Below, in pieces: positions 19,321-32,549 of a DNA stretch of 64,000 nt (position 1 is its first letter; each line of letters starts with the position of its first letter). Made by a program: the position numbers and the translations under genes. The DNA comes from Octopus vulgaris. Its lineage: Eukaryota. The notes beneath the pieces were generated by a model that ran no database searches, was not told where the DNA came from, and saw only the letters and a program-made list of their open reading frames with translations. The DNA is taken from NCBI GenBank assembly GCA_951406725.2, contig OX597827.1, positions 21,514,001 to 21,578,000 of the forward strand. Direction: 5' to 3'.

Positions 19321-20372
19321 GGAATTCAAGACAGATTGCATCTGGGAGCCCCTCTATGCTGACGACCTTTCTCTAATAGCTGAATCCCTATCAGAACTAG
19401 AAAAAAAGTTTCAGGTGTGGAAGTAAGGCCTAGAATTGAAAGACCTTAGAGTCAATCTAACAAAAACCAAAGTCTTAGCAAGTAGGAAGGCAAACAAATT
19501 ACAAATCCCTTCAAATAGATGGTCCTAGTTGATCTGTAGAAAAGGCATTGGTAGAAACTCCATAAGATGTACCCGGTGTAAGTATGGACACATAAGAAGT
19601 GCAACAATATCAAAAGAAGGCTAACTGGGAAGATAGTTTTTGTGTGCGGAAAATGTACAGGGGCAAAACACTGAAAATGTGCAGAAAATAGATTCCATCA
19701 CATGCCAGGGGGAAAAACTAGAAATAGCTGATAGCTTCTGTTACCTAGGTGACCAAGTCAGTAGCGGGGCTGGATGCTCTGAAAAGCATAGCTGCTAGAA
19801 TAAGAATAGCCTGGGCAAAGTTCAGAGAGCTCCTACATCTGCTCGTAATAAACATTGGGCCTCACAGTGACCGAGACCTTTGTAGATATGCTGTGCTGGA
19901 TAAGACCTGGCATGCCAAGTGAGACTGTAGTTGTGGATTTTGCCAGTGTAGCATAACCGGCCCATTAGGCAATAAACTATGCTTGAGAAGACCTGTTAAG
20001 TCAAGTGAAATCATTGTCATGGCTGATGCCAGTACCACACGAATGGCTCCCGTGCGAGTGACACGTAAAATGCACCTTACGAACATGGATGATGCCAGTG
20101 CCACCTGGCTGGCTCTCGTGCTGGTAGCATGTAAAAGGCACCATTTGAGCGTGGTCGTTACCAGTGCCACCTGACTGGCCCTCATGCCAGTAGCACGTAA
20201 AAAGATCCCACTACACTATCGGAGTGGTTGGCATTAGGAAGGGCATCAAGCTGTAGAAACCTCGCCAGATCAGATTGGAGCCTGGTGCAGCCTCCTGGCT
20301 TGCTAATACTCAGTCAAACCATCCAACCCTTACCAGCAAGGAAAGCGGGCGTTAAATGATGATGACAATGAT
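19321..20372 (+). mobile_element. Degraded 3' RTE fragment with internal deletion
   Basis: Homologous to the YADD-FRYLG region and 3' UTR of the 13698-17406 element, with stops. Confidence 0.85.
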
Positions 20373-20636
20373 TGTTTAGAAAAGAGGCTTCAAAATTGTA
20401 CCACAACATTTTAGTCCTTTGTCCTTCATTGCTAGGTGTGTCATGAACTCAAGTAAATTCGTATAACTATGAAAGACATAATACACTCATGACAATGGGT
20501 ACATTGAGTTGTTAAAAATGGGTGAAGGCAATATTTTTAAGATGTAGGTCACCAGTGTGAAACTTTTGAAAAGTTCTGATTTAGAGAGAAGTAACTTGAG
20601 ACACCTGAACATGGAAGTGTTCAGTGGTCCTGTCTA

Positions 20637-22073
20637 ATGGACCAATTTCACTTCCGTCTTCCATGCTGGCACGGGTTGGAGGATATTGTGGAATCTGATG
20701 AACCATGTGGAAAGCAAAAACAGTTAACAGTAATAACAACAACAAATAATAACATCTTATTTATCTGTATCTTCACTTTTTTTCTTCTTCTTCCTTTCTT
20801 TGTTTACCTTGCACCACAGAACAGACAGAACAAAACTGCCACGGTATCATCCACGGATGAGACATGCGACAAAACTGGTCGCTGTCCTACAATAGAACAT
20901 TGCCCGGCAAATCACATCTGTCATCTATGCACAAAACTCGAAAATTCCTTCCGAAATAGATGGGTTGAATGCAGTAACTGTCGTGTTTCGATCTGCTTTC
21001 AATGTGCCACAAACTTTCAGAAGATCCCAGGTCAAAAGAAAGGACACCATACTTCTATGATGGATAAACTCTGGGAAATGGTCCAGCTACCAAACTGGTC
21101 GTTTCATTGCCTGACTTGTGTGGCGACTTGTGTGTCCCCTGCCACCATTGCTGCTGAACAGCAACAACCAACTACTTTGTCTCCCAAAACCAGCCCTGTT
21201 GATAAAGAACAACAGCAAAAACTGAATCCGCCCGTGTCTTCCTCCCCTGTCACTCTTCAACAGCAGCAACAAAAATCGGCCATTCATGTTGAAGAACAAC
21301 AAAAACAGAAACTTAAACCCCCTATGTCTTCCTCCCCTATTGCTCTTGGACAACAAAAATTAATCATTCCAGCTGAAGTACATCAGCAGGAACAAAAACC
21401 AACCATGCCCTCCTCTCCTGATGCTTCCCAACTAAAACAGAGATCGACCATCAGCACAGAAGTTGCAGAAATTAGACGAATGATTTCCGCTTTGAGTCGT
21501 GAAGTAGCAGGACTCAGAACCAGTGTCTGCCCAAAAACTCGCAGCGAAGGGTCATATAGGAGTGCCCTGCTCAGCAACTTACCTGTAGCTCGTACAGAAC
21601 CTCAACGCATCGAGGGAGTTGCTGAGCCGGCCACTCATGAATTAATAGCCATCGGAGTGCCGGAAGATGTGGCAGATCTGCAGGCATTCATTGGAAACAC
21701 AGCTAGGGATCTCAGCTGTGTCCCTCCAAAAAGTGCTTCCCGCCTTGGCCGACCGGGATCCAAACCCAGGCTGTCAGGCTGTTGTTTACGGGCTCTACTG
21801 AGGCGTAGACATTCAATCTGGCTGCTGACAGAGCTCGGCGTGACAACATTATCAACTTTAGAACACGTCCTGGCCTACCACCCGATGTACGCCCAAAGCT
21901 AAGATCCGTGGCTTCCCTAAATCGCAACTCTGTGCCACGGGAGAGTTTTAGCCTCCGCGATGATGGGCAAATCTGGAAATTTGTCAAGTCTGGTGAGTCG
22001 TGGATAAGGGATGCCAGTTGGACTGAGCAGACTACACCCACAACAACTGGCAATGCAAAAATCTTGGGAAACT
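20637..22073 (+). pseudogene. CR1-type ORF1 (PHD-like finger, Q/P-rich linker, coiled coil), probably frameshifted near the C-terminus
   Basis: CHLC...CSNC...CFQC...WSFHCLTC; lies directly upstream of ORF2. Confidence 0.65.
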
Positions 22074-25040
22074 AACCAAGAACAATCAGCCATCCCCTGT
22101 ATATCATCATCTGAAATCCAGATATAAACTGCTGTCCTTGAATGCCCGTAGTTTATGCAACAAGGTGCATCTTTTTGTCTCCTACGTCAAAAGTATCAAC
22201 CCAGATTTCATCACAGTCACGGAAACGTGGGCACACTCTGCACTCTGTGATGGAGTTTTCAGCATAGCCGGCTACAACCTGTTCCGCAAAGACCGCATTA
22301 ATCGCCGTGGAGGGGGTGTGATGATTTATGTTCGATCAAGTCTATCGGCAATCCCCTGTGATGATTTGAACCAATCTCAGCAGGAGGTATTTTTCTGCAA
22401 TGTACACATGACCATGTCAACACTTCTGCTTGGAGTCGTTTACCGTCCTCCAAATTATCGCCAAGACGCACAGCTTTTTGATATCCTCAGGGCGGCTGCC
22501 ATGAAAACAGCCACATATGTGTATGTTGCGGGGGACTTCAATTTCCCTGAGATTGACTGGGAGGCCTTCCGTTGGCCGCAAAGTGCAGATTTCCTTGAAC
22601 TGGTGCTGAATTCAAATTGGTCCCAAGTTGTTACCTCCCCCACAAGGGGTAAGAACACTTTGGATCTGCTACTTACCGCTTCTCCTGAAACAATCATTAG
22701 TGTCGCTACCAAAGAACCTTTGGGTGACTCTGATCATTCCATGATCATGGCTGACTTGTCTCTGATTGGTTGTAACAAAAAACACAACCATCTTCAGATT
22801 GCCCGCTTTGACTGGAATAAAGCAAACTGGAGCTCTTATTGTACTGAGCTGCAATGCCCAAACTGGCGCGAATTTTATGCCTCTGGAGATGTGGACACTA
22901 TACTCCAGAACATTCTGAATTCAATATGGGCAGCATGTGCAGCATCAGTACTACGCAAGCACAAAAAACCACCCAATAGTGCAATTTGGGAGACTGCAGC
23001 AGTCCAACTTGCCAGGAAAGAACGCCGTAATGCTGAACGGGAATACAAATTGCACAAATCAGAGAGCAACAGGAAAAAGCGCAATAGGTCAGCCAACCAC
23101 CTCAAGCAGGTGACAAAAAAGGCAGTGCTTGAATTTGAACAACGCATTGCAGCTAACCCTGACAGCAAAGGGTTCTGGAAGTATGTGCACTCAAAGCAGA
23201 GACCCCACTCTCCAGTTGGTCCCCTTCGCAATCCCCACACGGGACAGATTACTGGCAATCCCGAAGAATGTGCAGAAATCATTGCTGGATGCTATGCCGG
23301 CATCTTTACTGTCAAAGACCAAAATGTTCCATCTTCATCACCACTGACATCGGACTCTATATCTTCTATGCAATTTACACCAGCAATGCTGCAACGCCAC
23401 CTAAAGAATAAACGCAATTATGCCTCTCCTGGTCTCGATGGTGTTACATACCTACTTCTCAAACGCGGTGGGTACTTTCTTCTAAGCCAACTTTCTCTAT
23501 TCTTCCAATTCTGTCTTGACAATGGTGTTACTCTAGAACAGTGGAAAACTGCCAGTGTCATCCCTCTGTTCAAAAAAGGCGACTGCACATCGCCTGTCAA
23601 CTATCGTCAGTCTTACTAGCTGCATCGCCAAACTGATGGAATCCTGTATCAGAGAAACCCTCTGGAACTTCTGGAAGTCTCACAGCCTCATCCAGCCGTC
23701 ACAATTCGGATTTATTCCTAACTCCAGCTGCTGTAATCAACTCATCGAGTTTCTTGAGGACGTTACCCAAATCACTGATCGCAGATCCTGGGTGGATGTT
23801 GTTTACCTGGACTCTGCTAAGGCTTTTAACTCTGTGCCACACAAAAGACTTATGGTGAAGCTTTCTGCGTTGGGTGTAAGAGACGAACTCTATAACTGGT
23901 TAAAATCCTTTATTTTCGGCTGAAAAGAGGTTGTCACAGTTCTAGGACAGCACTCTTCGCCCTATGAGATGACATCTGGTGTGCCGCAGGGATCTGTTCT
24001 TGGCCCCCTTTTATTTGTTGCATATGTTAATGACATAGATGCCAACTTAAAGAATGCCACAGTGCTGAAATATGCAGATGACATCAAGCTGTACCTCGAA
24101 ATAAAGAGGTCAAATCCTGTACACTATGGATCCCTATTGCAAGCAGACCTGGACACAATGCAGCAGTGGATCATGGACTGGCAACTCAAGCTGGCTGTGG
24201 ACAAATGTACCACCATGCATTTTGGGAGGAGAAACCCAGCATCCACCTACTCCCTCCACAATACTAGTCTCAAAAAGTCTTCAAGTGAACGTGACGTGGG
24301 TGTTATTGTCGACAGTGATTTGCGTTGGACAAAACACATTGCTAAAATTGTCAAGAAGGCTGAGGGTATCTTGGCATCACTCACCAAATCCTTTGTGAGC
24401 CGCTCTCCGGCTATCTATCTGCGGCTTTATATAGCTATGGTAAGACCTCACCTGGAATTTGCATCACCGGTCTGGAACCCCTATCTTGCCCAGGACATCA
24501 ATCGTCTGGAAGCTGTTCAGCGACGTGCAACCAAAAGAATACCCTCCATCAGGCATTTGCCATATCCTGAACGCCTTACTTCCCTGGGCATGGACACATT
24601 GAAACTCAGACGTTTGGCAGCTGACTTGGCAGACACCCATAAAATTATCAACCATCGCACAAACAATAACTCTGAGCACCTCTTCAAACTCCACCCATCT
24701 AACACCCGTGGACATATTTACAAAGTAAGAAAACAGCACAGCTCCCATGACTTCAGGAAACATTTTTTCACGCTGAGAGTTGCTGAAGCATGGAACAAAC
24801 TGCCGGCATCGGTTGGTAGTTGTCGGAGCACTGCATCCTTCAAAACTTCCATGCTTCCTGAGATTCGCCAACACTACACTTGATTTTCTCCCCTCCATAC
24901 ACATACAAGCATGTATCTGACTCATACATTATTCGCTTTCCAGACATTTGTACATTACTGCATATGCTTTATATGCACTTTTGACAAGTTGTGGGGCACC
25001 TGAGCACTGTATACAATAATTTCATTATTATTATTATTAT
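20711..25040 (+). mobile_element. CR1/L2-group LINE, near full length, disrupted
   Basis: ORF1 with Cys/His PHD-like finger; ORF2 EN (NARSL, TETW, GDFN, SDH) and RT (QGSVLGP, YADD, VQRRATK, FFTLRV..WNKLP); (ATT)n tail at 25025-25040. Confidence 0.9.
22138..24883 (+). pseudogene. CR1-type ORF2 (EN-RT), frameshift ~23605 and stop at 23921-23923
   Basis: Three consecutive ORF fragments carry the EN, RT and C-terminal motifs. Confidence 0.9.
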
Positions 25041-25719
25041 AGAACACCTGGGATGAGCTAAAATGTCAGCTTTGGTTTCGACAGTTAGATGCTCTTCGTA
25101 AAGACAACCACATTACACTGTGTACCAGGCGCTTTTTCTTTTTCCTTTGTAACAGTGGTCCTAGTGACGTTACCATGAAATTCACAAGACAAGACCCTTG
25201 GACTGAGGGAGAGCTGCAGCAGTAAAGGCAGTGGCTTTGTGCCACCAACTACCAAGAGTAGGAACAGAAGAACAGGAACAGTTGAAAAGGGAGAAAGGAT
25301 AGAGATGTGAAGGCATATCTTCAAGGAACAGGAAGAGAGAGGATCAAGGATAGGCAGATGTGTAGGTTCGTGAGTGTGAAGGGAGAGTGGAGATGGTTAG
25401 AGAAGTGGAGATGTGAACTTGCAATGCTTAAATACAAGAAAGCAAGAAGAAAATTTGTTAGTGAAGGGTTTCAACAATTTGAGCAAAGTGGTATGAAATA
25501 TCTACACAAAAATGAAACTTTCAGATGTCTTAAAAAAGTTACAATACAAAACACACCGTATAAGTAATTTATTAACAACAACAAAAAACAAAAGAAACAT
25601 GAATATTATGAAGAATAAAAGGAGAAAAATTTCTCTTTGCTTTTTTTTTTGTTAAAAATATACCGAATGTAAAATATGTTATAATTTAATAATGAAAATA
25701 TAATTACTTTGTAACATTA

Positions 25720-25872
25720 CCCCCAGTGCATCACTGGTATTTATTTTATCAACCCCGAAAGGATGAAAGGCAAAGTCAACCCCGGCAGAATTTCAACTCA
25801 GAATGTGAAGACGGACAAAATGCCACAAAGAATTTTGCCCAGTGTGCTAACGAGTCTGCCAGCATGCCAGCT
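25720..25872 (-). mobile_element. tRNA-derived SINE (cctttcatcctttcggggtcgat family)
   Basis: Same family as 35775-35930, 37560-37730, 40305-40500, 58521-59120, 61709-61920, 62350-62495. Confidence 0.75.
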
Positions 25873-28800
25873 TACGGGATGTAGATGATATTAATTATGA
25901 TAAGTATGTTGCTTCTCATCATCTGCTCCTGTCCTTCTGTGCTTGATAACAAGTCAACAGGACATTGTTGAACATCCTGTTGACCCGTCCAAACCCTGCC
26001 CAGCATGTATAATTTATAAATAAAATAATTATATTTCCATTTTAAATTATAACAAATTTACTTCAACCCTTTAACATTTAAGCTGGCCATATGTGGCCCA
26101 AACATTCCGCCAGTTTCCAGTTCAAACCAGCCTGATCCAGCCTCTCACACTTACCTTGCAATAATCGTTTTAAATGTAAAGAGTCACATCATTGAAATCC
26201 CAAAGCCACAAGATAATGCATGATTAATTCAAAACAATTTGAATAAACGAGAATTAAATTTGACAAAGTAATCTCAATGCTGAAAAGTTAAATATTTCTT
26301 TAACAAGAAAATATAAGAGAAAACTAAATTTTTCAAATTTTAAATATGTAATGAAAATTAAAATATACATTTGATATTTCTGAGAAATGAAAAATAATAC
26401 CAGTAAAAGAACCAATTATTCTTTTTGCACCAATTTTGAATGATTAATAAATAAATAAACTTTTTTTAAATCCTCAAACCCTGGATGTTATATACCAAAT
26501 AGTTACTTGAATTCCCTGTACAATTGATATGAATATTTTAAGGACAACAGAATGAATTTACTAAGACACTCCATCATGCCATACCTTAATTAACAACAAT
26601 AATTTGCTGTTAATTTGTTATAAAAGTAAAAAGAAAAGAAAGGAATGATCTTATATTTAAAAAATAATTAACAAGGGAGTCCTTATCATTTAATGTCCAT
26701 TTTCCATGCTGGCATGGATTGAACGGTTTGACAGGAACAGCACTAGGTCCCATTGTCTGTTTTGGCTGGGCTTCTACAGCTGGATACCCTTCCTAACACC
26801 AACCACTTTACAGAATGGACTGGGTGCTTTTTATGTGGCACCAGCACCTAGAAAAATAGAATATTTATATATATATCTCAATGACTCAAAACCCAGTTTG
26901 CAAATAACTATGGAAACCAATTATATGATTAATAAATGGGACAATATCATGAGTTCTACTTGACTAATATGAAGGCATGTGGTCATGGGATTAGGGTGTG
27001 ACACTCAGAATTGCAAGATCATCGTTACACTTCCCAGGTGGTGTGTTGAATCCTTGATCAAAACACGTCATGTTGCCCAGGCCACTCGGTTGTAAATGAG
27101 TGAGCTTGCGATCAACTGGTATCCTGTTTCAGGGGGGAATGTTGTGATTTTCAGTCAATTTGATTCCCCTGCTTTAGGGGGTCCTGCAACTCGAGTCAGT
27201 ATTTACTTTTTTCTTTTTTTTGTAATTTACTCCATCAAAGAACAAATGTATATGTAAAGTGTATGACTGCATTGGGGGAGTGAGAATGAGAAAAGAGAAA
27301 AAAGGAGGAAGTTGTAGTTGTGAGATGAGGTTGAAATTAGCATTGAGATTGGGGGGGGGGGGAGATATGTGTGCATTAAGTAGTTGTCCAGTAATTATAC
27401 TTTTGTTGCTACTGCTCGACATATACAATCTTGAATGTGTGTGTTTGGGAAAATTCTGGGGGGAAAAAAAAGCACAAAAAAAAAAAAACCTTCAAATCTA
27501 TGTAACCAGTCATTCTGCACTGATTTCTGACCACTTAGCAGAGTTGATGTGGTAGCCAATCTCTAATTAAACAGCTGATGAAAGGTAGAGAACTGTGTGA
27601 GGCTGAACATTTTGGTTCCTAAATTTTCTTGATCAAATTAATTTTCATTTTTCCTGTTGATATTTCTAGTAATTTTATGAATATTCTAATATCAAATATT
27701 CATAAAATTACAGCATCAATGAGAAAAAGGAATCAAAAAATACTTATCAATGAAATTTATGATCAAAACAGAAAATAGCCCCCCCCCGAAAAGTAGCAAT
27801 ACTCATAAGAATGTTAATTATAATGAGAAGTAGGTGGAAATTCATTTGATTAACAAAAAGGTATTTAGTTTGTGAACATAAACTGAAACTAGAAACCTCA
27901 AAGCCATTTGGAAATGTCCAAATGGATATATTTCAACAAGAGACTCCCTTCTTTTCTGTTCTCCCTCCCCACCGCTGATAAAAAAATTTTTTTTAAGAGC
28001 TTTACAACTTTCTCCTCACCTTTAAAAAAAGGAAAAAACACCTCAATTATTATTTTCCTTTCCTACCCAGTCAATTACTGCTTAGAATAATGTCCAGCTT
28101 TCTTGTTGTGCATATAAAACGGGAAAAAATACCAAGAAATGTTTAGCATGGTGTGTTTGACCCGACCAGCTGGCGTTGATTCGATACTACAACCGAAAGA
28201 ATGTCGTTAACAGCTTAACCAAGAGTTCCTAAAATAGCTTACAAGTTTTACTTACTACCTCAACTTTCTGGTTTTTTTTGCTTAATTTATCACTTGGCAA
28301 ATAGCGTTTAAATTTAACACTAACTATTAATAATAAGTTATTAAACAACCAGCAAAGTTCTGGAGTCAGCTCTATACTCTCTAAGTAGTTCCTAATATTT
28401 TCTCGCTTTCAAAGAAATATAAACAATTTCTAAGAAAATCAAGAGCAAATCTGAATGAAAAAAAAAACATAAATAGTGAGAATGGGTATAAATGCAGATT
28501 GGTGCCCCATCTCCCAATTTTGTTTCTTCACAAATTTCTGAGAAGTGTATATTTTTCAAAATTCAAATACTGCCGAAATATATTTTCGCGGGTGTAGATT
28601 ACAATTATGTCCTTAAATTTAAGTAAAAATTTTTTAGAATATTTTAGGACCGTTCCTCCCCCACTCGGTACCGTTTGTTGGTACTAATTTCCATAATTTT
28701 AGCATTTTTAGAAAACTTTTTAAACCAGGTATGTTTGAAGCATCAATATTATATAATGTAAACTCTCGAAAACGTATTTCTGCAAAATGTTTAAAGAGAG

Positions 28801-29100
28801 CTATGAGGAAACAGTCGCCAGGAGAGAAGAATGTTCTAAAATTCCTTTAAAAAAAGGATGGGGTTAAAATTGCCGACATAATCGTAATTCAAATCCTTGA
28901 TAATATATCCCAGCTAAATTTCATTAAAAAATATGCATTATTGAGAAAGTTATAAAGAAATACAGTAGGGAATATTAAAGAGAAATTTCGACCTGGGTCG
29001 GGGGTGAACTAGCTCATGAGTCCCTTAAAGTATGTAAATATTCACCGAATGAAGAAATTGCAGGCTAAAATAATGAACAAATGAATTATTACACCAGAGG

Positions 29101-30480
29101 CTATTTTTTTAACATACTTCTACCGAGGAAATATAATTCAATTTCCTCAAGAGATTTCCCTTTTGTTTCGGGTAACACAAACCACACGAAAAAAACCCCA
29201 GCAAAAGAAAAAACGGAAAACAACCAGAATGTTTCTGCTGGCCCCAAGCTTTCTTTCACTGTAATAAATTCTTTGGTGACTATAAATGCAAACAACCAGC
29301 TGGTAAATATTGAAAGGGCACTAGCTTTGCCCCGAGCATGAGATGGGAAAATCTCGGACATAATAAGCATTGGAATTGGCCCCCATCCAATAGAAAAACT
29401 TGCAATAAACACAACTAAACTGATTAGAGGAAGAGTCTTCAAATTATTCGCTACAAGATAATTGTGTTCTTTCAAAGCGTAGTAAGATCCGAGTACAAAA
29501 CAAGAAAAACTTAGAATCAATCCTCCACATATTAACAATTTACGGCGTCCAACACGATCCATTATTTGGGAAACAAAGAATGTAAATAGGATCTGTGTGG
29601 CTCCAATAATGGCACTTGCAAGGTAACTTTGATTTTCATAACCAGATTCTTTAAATATTGGAACAGCATAAAAGAGAACGGCATTAATACCAGTAAGTTG
29701 TTGCAGAATCATTAGACTTAGGGAAATAAAGATTGGTCTGGAAAGTTCCGGTTTTCTCCACATATCTCTATAGGATATATCTTGTACGTCTAATCCTTCT
29801 TCAATATCACGAATTTCGTCCTCGACATCGCAGTTGACAGATCGAAGTTTGGTCAGTGCTTGGATGGCTTCGACTCGACGGCCCTTGTAGAGTAACCAGC
29901 GAGGGGTTTCCGGCATTGATAACGTAAAAAATAAGGAAAGAAATGGAAAAAGTATTCCGAACTTAGCCATTTGTATATAATCCATATACATTCCTAGGAT
30001 ATACGCCACAAAAATGCCAACTGTGATACTGAGCTGAACACTTGAGCCAAGCATTCCACGTAGAGATCTGGTTGAAATTTCAGCTATGTAAATGGGCGAG
30101 ACAACACAGGTCATTCCAATGGCTATACCACTAACAATGCGGCTCAAATAAAACAAAATAACGTTAGAAGTAGCAATGAGGAGACACCAACCAACAATTA
30201 ACGGTACTGATATGAAATTCATTGTATATTTTCGTCCGTGTTTCTCCACAAACCAACCCGCGATGGGTCCACCCAGCATGGCTCCGATGGTTACCATAGA
30301 ACCGAACCATGCAGCTTGTTGCTCGTGTAGGAACTTACTCTTTAGTAATTCGGCAATGGCAGGAGAACTATATCCCAGGATGTAACCAAACGAGAAAGGT
30401 CCGAGGAAAGCAGCAAGGCATGATGTGATAAACTGCCTGGATACAGACAAATGTTTACGGTGTAATCGTTCTGAGAACAT
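29101..30480 (-). CDS. Sugar porter family MFS transporter, GLUT8/GLUT6/Tret1-like, 459 aa, intronless CDS
   Basis: GRK, PIYIAEIS..LRGMLGS, PETPRWL, QQLTGINAVLFY, DRVGRRKLL, GWGPIP..IMSEIFP..ARG, PETKGKSLEEIE; ~12 hydrophobic segments. Confidence 0.95.
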   Translation of the reverse strand: MFSERLHRKHLSVSRQFITSCLAAFLGPFSFGYILGYSSPAIAELLKSKFLHEQQAAWFGSMVTIGAMLGGPIAGWFVEKHGRKYTMNFISVPLIVGWCLLIATSNVILFYLSRIVSGIAIGMTCVVSPIYIAEISTRSLRGMLGSSVQLSITVGIFVAYILGMYMDYIQMAKFGILFPFLSLFFTLSMPETPRWLLYKGRRVEAIQALTKLRSVNCDVEDEIRDIEEGLDVQDISYRDMWRKPELSRPIFISLSLMILQQLTGINAVLFYAVPIFKESGYENQSYLASAIIGATQILFTFFVSQIMDRVGRRKLLICGGLILSFSCFVLGSYYALKEHNYLVANNLKTLPLISLVVFIASFSIGWGPIPMLIMSEIFPSHARGKASALSIFTSWLFAFIVTKEFITVKESLGPAETFWLFSVFSFAGVFFVWFVLPETKGKSLEEIELYFLGRSMLKK

Positions 30481-32236
30481 CTTCCGACATTGGTTTCACG
30501 TAGAATGGCGGTTGCCCCTTCTATCAATGAAAAATAAACGTTTTAAAAAAAAAGTCAAAGTGACCTTATAAAAGAAAACAAACCTAAACAAAAACGTTTC
30601 GATTTAATTTCTTGGGAATAATTTTCGAAAATAATTTTAAAGTTAATTCTTTCGATATAAATTAAATACTTTAAAATGTGTTAGTTTGTATGAATGTAAA
30701 TAAACATAAGACATGTCTCCTTATTGAGGCCGTCGGGCTGCAAGCTGCATTCTCGACTCATTTGGATCGGTCGTAGATTAATTATTGTAAAACATTTAAT
30801 TAAAATATAACAGCAGTACGTTGTATTGGGTACTACTAGCGAACAGTGGTCCCGGTGCGCGCACTCGCGTAGTCGCGCATCCACGCTAGCTAGTCGTGAC
30901 TAGTCGATCCTACAACGACTACCTAGCAAAGTAAATAAAACACAAAATAATTGATTTTTATTACACAAAGTAAATAATTTTTCAAACAAAGTAAATAACA
31001 CAAAAAAACAACAAAGTAAGGTTCGCCAGTGGAAACCGTCGTATTGTGACTGTCTATTTTATATGACATGCATCGATGGTATTGAAGCATGACATTAACA
31101 TAATAATAAACTTCATCTAAATTATTCGTCACAATGACAACACGGACGCAAACCCTAACTACATTTTGGTGCCCCACCAACTTTTCATAAATCTATTTAG
31201 ATTGCATATTTGGAACTTTTCCAAATCCGCATAGGATCTTTTCCACATCCGCATATTTTTTTAACCAAATTTTACAGAGCAACATTTTTTGAGGGTATAG
31301 TTTTCTTTTATTAAGGGAATTTTGGACTGTTTCTTCCTCTTATATTGACAACTATGCTGTATGAAACGAAAGAATACCTTCTCGACATTCTATACCAGAA
31401 TACCTATTTTTTAATGTCACTTGTAATAAATACGTTTTTCAGATTTAAGGTTACATAAAATCGATGATTCAAACATAGTGAGCTGATTTAAAAAGTGAAA
31501 AATATGAAAGTTACGGAAATTAGTGTCAACAAAGTCAGGATGGGGAAAATGACTTGAAATTCTCCCAAATATAGTTCATTCTAAAGACGTATCTCTGAAA
31601 AATTTTCATTACAATACGCATTTTTTAATAAGTTACAAAGAAACACTGTCGACGTGGTGACCAATACGCGCAGACATTGATCAGTAGTTGTAAAACTTGA
31701 TTTCAACTTGTGACACACTTAAAATGTTAGCAAGCTGTTATTTCTTTAATAAGTAGGTTACAGCATATTTCTACTTTTCTTCCTTTCCACATGTTTTAGG
31801 GAAAACTTTTGAAAGACTGTGGTAGTTTGGGTTGGTTCCTATTTTATCTTTGTAACTGTGGCATATATACAGTTCAAATCACAGAAAAACAAAAGACGAA
31901 GACGGGTGTAGGAACAATTAGCAAGTGTACAAGTTGAACGCTCGGGAAAAGTGGAAAAGTCTTTTAAGTTTCGAACATACGCTCTTCAACAGAAAGGAAT
32001 AAGAGGGGGGGGGGAATGAAGAGAATGAAAAAAAAAAACGAGGATTTTTTCGCTTTGACCGACAGATTTTAAAAATAATTTCTTTGTAACTAAACACTTT
32101 TAAACTTCGTATACTGGTAGAATGTGGCCATAAACTGAGGGGTCATTCGTAAAGAGAGCTGGATAACAAAACCGTTCCCTCTTTAGTGTCCACCCATAAT
32201 TATGACCCTAGTATCGATCTATTGCATTTCAATCTG

Positions 32237-32346
32237 ATTTAGGGTTAGGGTTAGAGTTAGGGTTAGGGGTTGGGGTTGGGTTAGGGTAAGGGTAAGGGTT
32301 ATGGTTAAAGTTAAGTTTAGGGTAAGGGTTTAGGTTAGGGTTAGGG
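32237..32346 (+). repeat. Interstitial degenerate telomeric (TTAGGG)n
   Basis: ttagggttagggttagagttaggg... about 18 units. Confidence 0.9.
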
Positions 32347-32549
32347 GTGGGGGAAGGGTATCTTTTTTTTCTTCAGAAATGTAAATAAACCCAATCTGTT
32401 TCTTAAACGAATATATAATATGTAATATGTGTATCTGTGCAACAGAGAGGAAAATTAAAACTGCATATGTTGTGAACTTAGAATATGTGTTTATTAATAA
32501 AAGTTTAATAACGATAATCTTTTATTCATACGAACGTAACTGATATGAA

